Positions 18,689-28,387 of a DNA stretch of 64,000 nt are shown piece by piece (positions within the stretch are counted from its first letter, which is position 1; each line of letters opens with the position of its first letter). The stretch covers positions 432 through 64,431 of the forward strand of contig CAZFYA010000003.1 in assembly GCA_964523705.1 (NCBI GenBank), read 5' to 3'. Position numbers and translations under genes: made by a program. Below the pieces are notes generated by a model. The model searched no databases. It had not been told where the DNA came from and worked only from the letters and a program-made list of their open reading frames with translations. The stretch is from an uncultured Gammaproteobacteria bacterium. Its GTDB lineage: Bacteria; Patescibacteriota; Microgenomatia; Levybacterales; UBA12049.

Positions 18689-19756
18689 ATGTTAAAAGTT
18701 GCAATTAACGGTTACGGAAGAATCGGAAGAGTTGTTCATAGAGTAATTTTAGAAAGATTTTCAGAAGATGTAGAATTAGTTGCTATAAATGCCGGTTCCT
18801 CAACGGATATTAAAGGTTGGATGTATCTTTTAAAGTATGATAGTGCTTATGGGCCAATTTTAACAATTGACATTAACTTTGAAGAAGCAGAAGAAAATCC
18901 TAAACTAAAAGATTTAATTGGATATTTAGTTATAGATAACAAAAAAATTCCAGTAATTTCCCAAAAAGATCCATCTCTTTTACCATGGAGTAATTTAGAC
19001 GTAGACGTTGTTATTGAGTCAACCGGTCATTTTACAACTAAGGAAAAATTAACTCCTCATTTAAACTCCGGTGCAAAAGCAGTTGTTTTATCAGCTCCTG
19101 CTAAAGGAGGAGATGTACCAACCTTTGTGCTTGGGGTTAATGCAAAAGACTATAAAGGAGAAAAAATAATTAGTAATGCTTCTTGTACAACAAATTGCGT
19201 TGCTCCAATTGCTAAGATTATGGTTGATAATTTTGGAGTAGAAAAAGCAATGATGACAACAATTCATAGTTTTACATCAGATCAGCGTCTTCAAGATGGG
19301 GGACACAAGGACTACAGGCGCGCAAGAGCAGCATCGTCTAATATTATTCCGACTTCAACAGGAGCAACAATAGCAGCAGCAGAAGTAATAACAGAATTAA
19401 AGCAAATTTTTAACGGCTTAGCGATTAGAGTCCCGGTGATTGTTGGGTCTTTGTCTGATTTCACCTTTGTTTTAAAAAAAGAAACTTCAGTTGATGAAGT
19501 GAATAGTGTTTTAACAAAAGAAGCTCAAAGCCCAAATTACCAAGGAATCTTAGCAGTTTCAAATGAACCATTAACCTCAACTGATATAATAGGGAATCCG
19601 TATTCAGCAGTTGTTGATTTATCATTAACACAGGTAATTGGTAATTTAGTAAAAGTAATTGGTTGGTATGATAATGAATATGGATATGCAAATAGACTAA
19701 TGGAAGAAGTATTGCTAGTTGGAAATACACTAAGTCAAAGCCTGCCTCAAGCATAA
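18689..19756 (+). CDS. gap: Glyceraldehyde-3-phosphate dehydrogenase
   Basis: INGYGRIGR NAD motif and SNASCTTNC active-site motif. Confidence 0.9.
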   Translation: MLKVAINGYGRIGRVVHRVILERFSEDVELVAINAGSSTDIKGWMYLLKYDSAYGPILTIDINFEEAEENPKLKDLIGYLVIDNKKIPVISQKDPSLLPWSNLDVDVVIESTGHFTTKEKLTPHLNSGAKAVVLSAPAKGGDVPTFVLGVNAKDYKGEKIISNASCTTNCVAPIAKIMVDNFGVEKAMMTTIHSFTSDQRLQDGGHKDYRRARAASSNIIPTSTGATIAAAEVITELKQIFNGLAIRVPVIVGSLSDFTFVLKKETSVDEVNSVLTKEAQSPNYQGILAVSNEPLTSTDIIGNPYSAVVDLSLTQVIGNLVKVIGWYDNEYGYANRLMEEVLLVGNTLSQSLPQA

Positions 19757-19759
19757 TAA

Positions 19760-20338
19760 ATGAAAAAACCAGTAGAAATTCCAAACATCAGAGTTATTAC
19801 TGTTTCAGGAAGAATTGCTTCTGGCGCAACAACCTTGGCAAAAAAACTTGCTGAAGAACTAAACTGGACACTTTTGGAAGGCGGAGATCTTTTTGAAAAA
19901 ATTCATAAAGAACTAAATTTAGATCAAGAAATGGTTGATAAAAGGCCTGATCATTTTGATTTAGAATACGAAGAAAAATTAAAGAAAATTTTTACTAAAG
20001 AAAAAAATATTGTTGTTCAAAGTCACTTAGCTGGCTTTGATGCACAAGGGATAAAGGGCGTTTTTAAAATACTTGTTGAATGTACTGAAAAAGACCTTGA
20101 TAAGCCAGAAATTAGAATTGACAGGCTTGTCAATAGAGATGGTGTTCCAATTGAAAAAGCAAAACAAGAGGTATTTGAGAGAGAAAAAAATCATTTAGAA
20201 AAATTCAGAAGGCTTTATGCAAAGGGAGATAAAAACTGGGTTTATTGGCAAAAAAAATATTACGACTTAATTATTAATACCTTTGATCACAATGCTAAAG
20301 AAGCTTTTGACCTTGCTCTTAAGGCAATTAACGTATAA
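19760..20338 (+). CDS. P-loop nucleotide/nucleoside kinase (cytidylate kinase-like)
   Basis: P-loop ITVSGRIASGATTLAKKL at the N-terminus. 192 aa. Confidence 0.5.
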   Translation: MKKPVEIPNIRVITVSGRIASGATTLAKKLAEELNWTLLEGGDLFEKIHKELNLDQEMVDKRPDHFDLEYEEKLKKIFTKEKNIVVQSHLAGFDAQGIKGVFKILVECTEKDLDKPEIRIDRLVNRDGVPIEKAKQEVFEREKNHLEKFRRLYAKGDKNWVYWQKKYYDLIINTFDHNAKEAFDLALKAINV

Positions 20339-20397
20339 AACTTTGACTTTAATTTTTGCTTGTAATATAATCCCCTTCCTTTAGAAAATAAAGCACT

Positions 20398-21225
20398 ATG
20401 CATGAGAGAAAATTTTGGCCATTTCCTATAAAGAGAAGAGCATCAACTAGTGATGTTGATGAGCCAACCAATATTAAGTCACAAGGACTAGAAATAAGAC
20501 ATGGGACAAAAAGATATCTCCCGGAAAGATCAGATTACGATCCGCTTCTAAGGGGAGAGGTAAGCAGCATAAGAGAGCTTGATCTAGAATCTGAAGAACC
20601 TGCAATTTACTTAGATTTGCTTCGTAGAAACAGCACCCATTTTACAGGTATTTTTACAGAAACAGAAGGTGATATTAAGCCAATAAAATTAAGAAAATTT
20701 AAAAGTTATTTAAGAAAAGCGAATAATCATCCAATTGTTGGTTTAAATAAATATGGGGAAAAAATTGGATACGCTGTTATTTCAGATGCTCCAGAAGGGC
20801 AAAGAGATAACTGGATTGAAAGATTGACAGTAATAGACGATTTACAAGGAGACTTAACACCTGCAAAAACAGGAAAAACTATGTTAAATCATGTTTTAGA
20901 TTATGCTTTTACGACAAAAGATTACCTAGAAAGAGAAAGAAATAAAATTGATGCAGCGGTAGTAATGTTTGTTCCAGGTTGGGAAAGAGCATATAATCTT
21001 TTTTTTAAAGACTCAAGATTTGAAGCAAGAATGGTGTTGCCCAAGCAAGCAGACGTATATATTCCTCCTGGAGTATTGTTAGATGAAGAGAAAGAGCCTT
21101 CATTGGAGGGAAGAATTATAACAAGACCAACTACCAGGTTTGAGACAATGCGTGATACTTGGGAAGTGGAATCCATGATAACAAGGGTAAAAAATGGTTC
21201 AAGCAAGAGGAAATTAGGAAGTTGA
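20398..21225 (+). CDS. Hypothetical protein, possibly GNAT-like acyltransferase fold
   Basis: 275 aa. Local GC is visibly higher than the neighbours. Weak GNAT-like motif (TGKTMLNHVLDYAF). The start is uncertain. Confidence 0.3.
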   Translation: MHERKFWPFPIKRRASTSDVDEPTNIKSQGLEIRHGTKRYLPERSDYDPLLRGEVSSIRELDLESEEPAIYLDLLRRNSTHFTGIFTETEGDIKPIKLRKFKSYLRKANNHPIVGLNKYGEKIGYAVISDAPEGQRDNWIERLTVIDDLQGDLTPAKTGKTMLNHVLDYAFTTKDYLERERNKIDAAVVMFVPGWERAYNLFFKDSRFEARMVLPKQADVYIPPGVLLDEEKEPSLEGRIITRPTTRFETMRDTWEVESMITRVKNGSSKRKLGS

Positions 21226-21277
21226 AATTACGATTGTAAAATGATAGAGTAAATATAATTTTAGTGCCCTTATTTTT

Positions 21278-22531
21278 ATGAAAGTATCAAGGGTAATGTC
21301 AAAAACCGTAGACCATGTTTCTCCAGAGACCTCGATAAAAGATGTTTCTAAAATTATTTTTGGTCGTGGAATAAACGGAGTACCTGTTTGTAAAGGTAAA
21401 AAAATAGTAGGTTTTATTACAGATAAAGATATTCTTTCTAAATTTTACCCTTCGATTCAAGAATTTGTCGAAGATCCTTTTCGCTCAAGCGATTTTGAAG
21501 CTATGGAAAAAAAAGTACCCGAGGTTTTCTCGTTAAAGGCAAAGAATGTCATGAGCTTATCACCTGTAATTGCAACGCCAGAGATGCCTTTGTTGAAAGC
21601 TCACTCATTAATGTTGGTTAATGAAATTGGAAGAATGCCTGTTGTTGATGAAAAAAATAATTTAATAGGCATGATTTCAAAAAGTGACATTTTTAGAGCA
21701 GCAGTTGGTGATAGGTTGCCTGTTGACACTCAAGAAGAATATCATGACTGGCTTTCTCGTCACTACGATTTATTTACAGACTGGGGAGAAAGATTGAAAA
21801 ACGAAATTCCAGATCTTGTTAATCTTTTTAAGAAAGAAAAAGTAAATACAATTATAGATATTGGTTGTGGGACAGGGGAGCATGATATCGCTTTGGTAAA
21901 AAAAGGATTTAAGGTGTTGGGATTAGAGAAAAGTAAGTCAATGTATGAAGCCGCTATTTATAAAAAAAATAAATTAAGAAAAGAAATTAAAAAAAGAGTA
22001 GATTTTGTAAATGGCGGTTATGAAAAATTATTAAATTTACAAAGAGAAAAATATGATGCCGCTATTTTTATGGGAAATGCGTTTCCTCACTTAGCCAATG
22101 AGTATAAAAAGGTTCTTAAATCAACGGTAAAAGCGCTTTCTCAAAAATCTTTAATTATTTTTCAAATAATAAACTTTGAAAAAGTTTTTAATGTAAAAAA
22201 TAGAATACTAGAGTTTAATTTTCCTAAATCTCCCAACAATGAAATTTATGAGCATGGATTTTTAGAGTTTTACGATCCTCCTAAAGAAGATAAATCAATG
22301 ATTACGTTAAATATGTTTATTTTTGATTTTGATGGTAAAGGATGGAACGATAGATCAAAAAACTCTACAAAAATTGCGTATTTAAAACAAAACGATATTA
22401 TTAAGCTTTTAAAAAAAGAGGGCTTTAAGAAAATTTCATTCTATGGTAGTATGTTTAGGAAATCGTTATTTGCAGGTCCATTTAAACCATTAGAGAGCGA
22501 TTGGTTAATTGTAGTAGCTAAAAAGAAATGA
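21278..22531 (+). CDS. CBS-pair domain fused to a class I SAM-dependent methyltransferase
   Basis: Two N-terminal CBS modules. Methyltransferase motif I IIDIGCGTGEHDIALVKKGFKVLGLEKS. Confidence 0.6.
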   Translation: MKVSRVMSKTVDHVSPETSIKDVSKIIFGRGINGVPVCKGKKIVGFITDKDILSKFYPSIQEFVEDPFRSSDFEAMEKKVPEVFSLKAKNVMSLSPVIATPEMPLLKAHSLMLVNEIGRMPVVDEKNNLIGMISKSDIFRAAVGDRLPVDTQEEYHDWLSRHYDLFTDWGERLKNEIPDLVNLFKKEKVNTIIDIGCGTGEHDIALVKKGFKVLGLEKSKSMYEAAIYKKNKLRKEIKKRVDFVNGGYEKLLNLQREKYDAAIFMGNAFPHLANEYKKVLKSTVKALSQKSLIIFQIINFEKVFNVKNRILEFNFPKSPNNEIYEHGFLEFYDPPKEDKSMITLNMFIFDFDGKGWNDRSKNSTKIAYLKQNDIIKLLKKEGFKKISFYGSMFRKSLFAGPFKPLESDWLIVVAKKK

Positions 22532-23088
22532 AGAAAACATTAATAACACTATTTATATTATTAGCTTTTTTATTTACTTTTAATGTCTCCTTTGCAGCCA
22601 ATGAAGTAATAGATAAGAGTTCATCTTCTGCGGAAAAGGAAACTGTTGATTATGAACTTGCCTATCCTGGAATTTTACCGGATCATCCTTTTTACATTGT
22701 TAAAGCAATAAGAGATGCAATTACCAGGTTTTTTATTTCAGATCCGTTTAAAAAGGCAGAGTTTGATCTTTTACAAGCAGATAAAAGACTAAACGCAGGA
22801 TACTACTTATTTTTAAAAGGAGAAACTCAAGAGAAAAAGGCAATTGAAACTATTTCTAAAGGAGAAAACTATTTTGATAACGCTATAAAAGAAGCAGTAG
22901 AAGCAGAAAAAGGGGGAATAGACATTAATGGATTTTGGGAAAAAATGTTTCTTTCAACAAAAAAACATCAAGAAATTCTAAATGAATTAATGGAAAAAGT
23001 TTCAAAAGAAAATAGTGTAAATCTTGAAAATGAGCTAAAAAGAGTCCAAAATTTTGAGGAAATGGTTGGTAAACTTAAGGCAGATTAA
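22528..23088 (+). CDS. Secreted hypothetical protein (DUF5667-like)
   Basis: Signal peptide MKKTLITLFILLAFLFTFNVSFA. The LPDHPFY motif is recalled from DUF5667 proteins. Confidence 0.4.
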   Translation: MKKTLITLFILLAFLFTFNVSFAANEVIDKSSSSAEKETVDYELAYPGILPDHPFYIVKAIRDAITRFFISDPFKKAEFDLLQADKRLNAGYYLFLKGETQEKKAIETISKGENYFDNAIKEAVEAEKGGIDINGFWEKMFLSTKKHQEILNELMEKVSKENSVNLENELKRVQNFEEMVGKLKAD

Positions 23089-23134
23089 AAAGAATTAATT
23101 TATTTTTTGTACATTTTTTTTACTCTTAAAAGTA

Positions 23135-23166
23135 AGACATATTTTTTAAAAATATGTCTTTTTTAA
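23135..23166 (+). terminator. Rho-independent terminator (AT-rich perfect palindrome plus T-run)
   Basis: AAGACATATTTTT / AAAAATATGTCTT followed by TTTT. Confidence 0.5.
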
Positions 23167-23247
23167 TCGTTTTTTTAAATTTTAAAAAACAACAGCAAAA
23201 TTGAGGCTAAAAATTGCCCTGATCAATTTTGATATATTAATTAATAG

Positions 23248-23298
23248 TTGACATAACAGATCTAGGGCTTTATGATTTTTTTGGCACTAGATATAGTG
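23248..23298 (+). promoter_or_regulatory. Sigma-70-type promoter (TTGACA-17-TATGAT) with an NrdR-box-like palindrome over the transcription start
   Basis: TTGACA at 23248-23253 and TATGAT at 23271-23276. CACTAGATATAGTG at 23285-23298 is one mismatch from a perfect palindrome, resembles NrdR operators, and lies 9 nt before the nrdR ATG. Confidence 0.5.
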
Positions 23299-23306
23299 TT
23301 TTTAAG

Positions 23307-23756
23307 ATGAAATGTCCATATTGCGGTAATCGAGAAACAGAGGTAGTTGAAACCAGAGTAAGCGAGGATTTTGACACTATACGAAGAAGAAGAGCATGTT
23401 TAAAGTGTGAAAAAAGATTTACAACTTACGAAAGAACGGAAAACATTACCTTAATTGTTATTAAAAAAGACGGTAGAAGAGAGCAGTTTAACAGAGAAAA
23501 ACTTAAAAATGGAATGATTCGATCTTGCGAAAAGACAAAAGTATCAATTGCAGATATAGAAAAAATAGCAGCAGAGATAGAACAAGAATTAAGAGGCGCA
23601 GATTCAGTAGAAGTAGAAAGTAAGAAAATTGGACAAATGGTAGCAACAAGGCTTAAGAAATTAGATAAAGTAGCATATATTAGATTTTCAAGCGTATTTA
23701 AAAGATTTGTAGACGTTGAAGACTTTGAAAAAGAAGTCAAAAGATTAATTAAATAA
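23307..23756 (+). CDS. nrdR: Transcriptional repressor NrdR
   Basis: MKCPYCGNRETEVVETRV...CLKCEKRFTTYE zinc ribbon plus ATP-cone. Confidence 0.9.
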   Translation: MKCPYCGNRETEVVETRVSEDFDTIRRRRACLKCEKRFTTYERTENITLIVIKKDGRREQFNREKLKNGMIRSCEKTKVSIADIEKIAAEIEQELRGADSVEVESKKIGQMVATRLKKLDKVAYIRFSSVFKRFVDVEDFEKEVKRLIK

Positions 23757-23759
23757 ATT

Positions 23760-26237
23760 ATGAAACTAGACGGTATCAGAGAAAAAGTTTTTCTAGACAG
23801 ATATTCATTAAAAAATAAAAAAGGAGCTCCTGTGGAGAAAACCCCCAATGAGATGTGGAAAAGAGTAGCAAAAGGAGTTGTAAAGGCTGAAAAAGCAAAT
23901 GTTAGAGCAAAGTGGCAAAAAAAATTCTATGATGCAATGCAGGATTTTAAATTTGTTCCGGGAGGAAGAATTTTAGCCGGAGCAGGAACAGGATATCAGG
24001 TAACTTTTTATAACTGTTTTGTTTTACCAAGCCCCAAAGACTCAAGAGATGGAATTTTAGAGAACTTAAAACATATGACTGAAATAATGGCAAGAGGAGG
24101 AGGAGCAGGAATCAATCTTTCATCACTTAGGCCAAGAGGGGCAAGGGTTAAGAAGGTAAATGGATTTTCTTCAGGTCCGATTAATTGGGCAGAGCTTTAT
24201 TCAATAACCACAAAAGACATTATTCAACAAGGTGGCTCAAGAAGAGGAGCATTAATGCTTATGCTTTGGGACTGGCATCCTAATATTGAAGAATTTATTA
24301 CCGTAAAGCAGGATTTAACTAAAATTACCGGAGCAAACCTTTCTGTTTGCGTATCCGATAAATTTATGGAGGCAGTTAGAAAAAATAGCAACTGGGACTT
24401 AGTTTTTCCAGATATTAATGATAAAGACTATGATGAAAAATGGGATGGAAGCCTTGAAAACTGGAAAGCCTTAAAGAAAAAAGTAAAAGTATATAAAACT
24501 GTTAAAGCAAGACATCTTTGGGATTTAATTTGTGAAGCCGCATGGAAATCTGCTGAGCCAGGAGTTGTTTTTATGGAAAGATATAACAAATGGTATAACA
24601 ACTGGTATTGGAATAGAGTAAATTGTACAAATCCATGTGGAGAAGAAGGCTTACCAGCTTGGGGAGTTTGTAATTTAAGCTCTTTGAATTTATCGGCCTT
24701 TGTAAAAGGGTACAGTGTAGACAAACCAGGGGAAATGGATTATAAATCCCTTGCTGAACATGCAAAGATTGGAGTTAGGCTTCAAGATAATGTAATAGAC
24801 CTTGATTCCTATGCTTTTCCTCAAATAAGAGAAATGCAGTTAAACGGAGAAAGAAGAATTGGCCTTGGAACAATGGGTCTTGGAGATGCATTAATAAAAA
24901 TGCATCTTCGCTACGGATCTAGCGATTCACTTAAGGTAATTGAGAAGATATTTAAAACAATTAGAGACGCAGCATATGAAGCATCAGCAGAGCTTGCCAA
25001 AGAAAAGGGTGCATTTCCAAAGTTTAATTCCTCAAAATATTTAAAAGGCTACTTTATTAAAAAACTACCAAAAGAAATAAGAGCAAAAATTAAAAAATAT
25101 GGAATTAGAAACTCGCTTCTTCTTCAAGAAGCACCAACCGGCTCAACCAGTCTTTTAGCAGGGGTTTCATCGGGAATTGAACCAATTTATGAATTTGAAT
25201 TTACAAGAAAAGATAGACTTGGAGAACACAAAATTTATCATCATTTATATGAAGAATGGAAAAACACTCATCCTTCGACAAGCTCAGGACAGGTCCAAGA
25301 AAAACCAGACTATTTTGTTTCAGCAAATGACTTAACACCTGAAGATCATGTAAAAGTTCAGGGTAAAATTCAAGAATATGTTGATGCTTCTATTTCAAAA
25401 ACAGTTAATGCACCAAAAGCCCATACAATTGATGATGTTAAAAGACTTTACATGCTGGCGTATAAAGAAGGTTGCAAAGGAATTGCCTATATGAGAGAAG
25501 GCTCAAGGGAAGGGGTTTTAGTTAGACAAGAAGATAAAAAAGAAGAAGTAAAAAAAGAAGCTACACAACCAATTGATACAAAACGCCCAATTACCCCAAG
25601 GCCGTATATGGTAGAAGGAGTAACATATCAAACCGAAACTCCGGTTGGAAAAACCTTTATTACCATCAATCATGATGATAATAAAGAACCATTTGAAATT
25701 TTTATTACAGTTGGGAAAAGTGGTTCAGACGTTGCTGCGATGGCAGATGCATTAGGTAGAATGTTGTCTTTGTTTTTAAGATCACGTGGACATTTATCTT
25801 CAAGGGAGAGAATAAAACAAATAATAGCACAGCTTATTGGAATTGGTGGTGCAAAAAGCGTTGGTTTTGGTGATAAAAGAGTAAGATCCTTGCCAGATGC
25901 GGTTGCTAAGGTTTTGGCTAAGCACTTTTCTTTTAGAGTAAATGGAATTGTTGAAGATAATCCAAAAGCTGCAAATGGACAAGTTAAAGCAAATGGAGTT
26001 ACTAATGGAATAACCAATGGGCATGTAAAGCCTTCACCTGTTTTAGAACCTCAAAAAGAAGAAGAAAAAGAGGTAGTTATGCTTAAGCAGTTAACAATTG
26101 AAAATCAAGAAGGACACTTAGCAACAGAAGGATTAGCAACAGGGCTTTTTGATATTTGTCCTGATTGTGGAAGTGGAAGCTTAGCTTATGAAGAAGGCTG
26201 TAGGAAATGCTACAGCTGTGGATATTCAGAATGTTAG
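23760..26237 (+). CDS. nrdJ: Class II (adenosylcobalamin-dependent) ribonucleotide reductase
   Basis: 825 aa with RNR catalytic-core motifs (NPCGE, ...). C-terminal Cys cluster CPDCGSG...CRKCYSCGYSEC. Confidence 0.85.
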   Translation: MKLDGIREKVFLDRYSLKNKKGAPVEKTPNEMWKRVAKGVVKAEKANVRAKWQKKFYDAMQDFKFVPGGRILAGAGTGYQVTFYNCFVLPSPKDSRDGILENLKHMTEIMARGGGAGINLSSLRPRGARVKKVNGFSSGPINWAELYSITTKDIIQQGGSRRGALMLMLWDWHPNIEEFITVKQDLTKITGANLSVCVSDKFMEAVRKNSNWDLVFPDINDKDYDEKWDGSLENWKALKKKVKVYKTVKARHLWDLICEAAWKSAEPGVVFMERYNKWYNNWYWNRVNCTNPCGEEGLPAWGVCNLSSLNLSAFVKGYSVDKPGEMDYKSLAEHAKIGVRLQDNVIDLDSYAFPQIREMQLNGERRIGLGTMGLGDALIKMHLRYGSSDSLKVIEKIFKTIRDAAYEASAELAKEKGAFPKFNSSKYLKGYFIKKLPKEIRAKIKKYGIRNSLLLQEAPTGSTSLLAGVSSGIEPIYEFEFTRKDRLGEHKIYHHLYEEWKNTHPSTSSGQVQEKPDYFVSANDLTPEDHVKVQGKIQEYVDASISKTVNAPKAHTIDDVKRLYMLAYKEGCKGIAYMREGSREGVLVRQEDKKEEVKKEATQPIDTKRPITPRPYMVEGVTYQTETPVGKTFITINHDDNKEPFEIFITVGKSGSDVAAMADALGRMLSLFLRSRGHLSSRERIKQIIAQLIGIGGAKSVGFGDKRVRSLPDAVAKVLAKHFSFRVNGIVEDNPKAANGQVKANGVTNGITNGHVKPSPVLEPQKEEEKEVVMLKQLTIENQEGHLATEGLATGLFDICPDCGSGSLAYEEGCRKCYSCGYSEC

Positions 26238-26307
26238 GTGTATAGGTAATTGCCGTGTAATTCGGCGACAGTGCCGCTACTGTTAAAGTCAGAAAACTAT
26301 ACACACC
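26237..26307 (+). promoter_or_regulatory. Structured RNA element with cobalamin-riboswitch-like core motifs (candidate minimal B12 aptamer)
   Basis: Outer helix GGTGTATAG...CTATACACACC encloses GTGTAATTCGGCGACAGTGCCGCTACTGT (compare GGUGAAAAUCCGG...CCCGCCACUGU) and AAGTCAGAAAAC (compare the B12 box AAGUCAGGAGAC). It is followed by a second hairpin CCTCTATATATTAAGTAGAGG. Confidence 0.35.
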
Positions 26308-26387
26308 TCTATATATTAAGTAGAGGATTTCCCGAGCAGGAATTTTTTTATAAATAAACCTTCTTGGGAAACAAGGAGGATTTTTTT

Positions 26388-26906
26388 ATGAAAAAAATAT
26401 ATACAAAAAGGGGAGATAAGGGCTTTACCTACCTTTTTAGCGGTAAAAAAGTAGCAAAAGACCACGCAAAAATACAAGTCTTAGGAAGTATTGATGAGCT
26501 AAATTCAATAATAGGGATAGCAATCTCTTTTTCAAAAGATAAAAAGATAAAGCAAGAATTAATTAATGTTCAAAAAGATTTATTTTTAATAGGAGGATGC
26601 TTAGCAGGATCAACACAGGGAGAAATAGGAACATTAAAAGAAAGAACAGAAAAAATTGAACAATTAATAGATAAATTATCAATTAAACTTCCTATATTAA
26701 CTCACTTTATACTTCCGGGAGGAGTAAAGGAAGCTTCATTGTTACACCTTGCAAGAACAATTTGCAGAAGAGCAGAGCGAAGTATTATAGCTTTTTCCAG
26801 AAGAGAAAAGATAAAAAAAGAAATACCCATTTATTTAAATAGGCTTTCAGACCTCCTTTTTATAATGGCGAGATATACAAACTTTAAATCGAAAAAAAGG
26901 AGGTAG
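26388..26906 (+). CDS. PduO-type ATP:cob(I)alamin adenosyltransferase
   Basis: MKKIYTKRGDKGFTYLFSGKKVAKDHAKIQVLGSIDELNS matches the PduO/MMAB N-terminus. AAGGAGGA RBS at 26372-26379. The track start at 26364 uses a TTG; the ATG at 26388 is preferred. Confidence 0.7.
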   Translation: MKKIYTKRGDKGFTYLFSGKKVAKDHAKIQVLGSIDELNSIIGIAISFSKDKKIKQELINVQKDLFLIGGCLAGSTQGEIGTLKERTEKIEQLIDKLSIKLPILTHFILPGGVKEASLLHLARTICRRAERSIIAFSRREKIKKEIPIYLNRLSDLLFIMARYTNFKSKKRR

Positions 26907-26920
26907 TCTGGAGAAAGTAA

Positions 26921-27970
26921 ATGAAAGAAGTTGTTGGTTCAAGCGCATTTAAAATAGAATATCAGCCACCAGTATTAGACAAAGAAATTAGAGAAGATGT
27001 TGTTTCCTATCTTTGGGAATATCGATTTTGTGGCCAAAAATATAATTACACTTTAGATTTTTCAAATGGGCAGATTCGCGATTGTCATAGAAGTGAGCCA
27101 ATGGGAATTAAGGCAAAAAGAGCAATAGAGGATAGAGAAAAAAAAGGGCTATTAACCAGAAGAGAAGAGGCGGAAGCTATAGGAATTAAAAGATTAGAAA
27201 ACAAATTGATGTTTAGTCGGGATAATTCATCGATTGTTTGGGCAAGTCCACCAGGATTAATAGAGGAGGGGTATGGAGACTATGGTTTTGTATACTTTGG
27301 GAAAGTAAAAAAAGAAGGAAAAGATAAAACGCTTGAAATGACTGCAATAAGAGTAGAAAATCCTTCAATAGATGACTTCAATAGTTTTTTTAAAGAGATA
27401 CTAGATGAAAACATTGATTTTAAAAACGCAGAAGATTTTATATCTTCTCCTGTAATAGTTAGTGAAGAAATCAGCGAAGAGTCAATAGAAAAAATTCTAA
27501 ATAAAGTATTTTTATATCAAGAAAGAAAAGGTGAAGGAGAATACTTTTCTAAAGTAAAAAGAAAACTAGAACCGTTAATAGATCAATTTATTCGCTTAGA
27601 AGGAGAAGGGAAATTAAAAGCATTTTATGCACTTGAAAATTACGCAATCTTACTTAAAGAAGAACATGAAACAGGATTTGAAAACGTACTTTATTTAAGA
27701 CAAAACAATGATCCAACCCTTGAACAGTTAATATCAATTCATGGACACAAACCACCAGTTGTTAGAGGAAGCTGTGGTAGTACAGGAAGTATAGAGAGCA
27801 ATAACCTTTTTAATACAACTTCGAGTTTAGACTTTTTGGAAAACGATAAATACGGATCAAGAAGTTTTACTTGTCCTAATTGTGGAATGGTTAATGTTAG
27901 ACCCGAAAACGAACTTATTTCTTGTTGTCAATATTGTGGCAGCAATGAGGTTTCTTGTTCCCACGCTTAG
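26921..27970 (+). CDS. Hypothetical protein with a C-terminal zinc ribbon
   Basis: 349 aa. C-terminal CPNCG...CCQYCG. No family recognised. Confidence 0.4.
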   Translation: MKEVVGSSAFKIEYQPPVLDKEIREDVVSYLWEYRFCGQKYNYTLDFSNGQIRDCHRSEPMGIKAKRAIEDREKKGLLTRREEAEAIGIKRLENKLMFSRDNSSIVWASPPGLIEEGYGDYGFVYFGKVKKEGKDKTLEMTAIRVENPSIDDFNSFFKEILDENIDFKNAEDFISSPVIVSEEISEESIEKILNKVFLYQERKGEGEYFSKVKRKLEPLIDQFIRLEGEGKLKAFYALENYAILLKEEHETGFENVLYLRQNNDPTLEQLISIHGHKPPVVRGSCGSTGSIESNNLFNTTSSLDFLENDKYGSRSFTCPNCGMVNVRPENELISCCQYCGSNEVSCSHA

Positions 27971-27991
27971 GTTTGTTTAAGCCCTTTTTTA

Positions 27992-28387
27992 ATGCTATTA
28001 TGTTTATATATGGACGACCAGCAAAAAAAGGGATTAAGTAAAGACCAGGACAATATTAACGTTAGCTTGCCTAATAAAGAAGTGGAGCCAGCTCCTGTTA
28101 CAGAATATGTAAAACCTTCGGAGTCGGAAATCACAATAGATAAAGAATTAGAAGAAACAAGAGTTAAAAAAACAGAGGAAACACCAAAACTTACAAAAGA
28201 GCATAAAGACTTAGGGATTGAACACACAGAGCAAATTGAGACACAACAAAAAAAGATAAATTTACCAATTCCTGAAGAAGAAGCAGAACAAATAGAAAAA
28301 AAAGAAAGCCCATCAAGTTCTATAAAATGGTTAGCCTTACTTGTAATTAAGGCTTTTAAAAAAATAAAAGTAGGAGATAATAAATGA
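27992..28387 (+). CDS. Small acidic hypothetical protein with a C-terminal hydrophobic segment
   Basis: 131 aa, E/K-rich, ends WLALLVIKAF. Its stop overlaps the next start. Confidence 0.3.
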   Translation: MLLCLYMDDQQKKGLSKDQDNINVSLPNKEVEPAPVTEYVKPSESEITIDKELEETRVKKTEETPKLTKEHKDLGIEHTEQIETQQKKINLPIPEEEAEQIEKKESPSSSIKWLALLVIKAFKKIKVGDNK

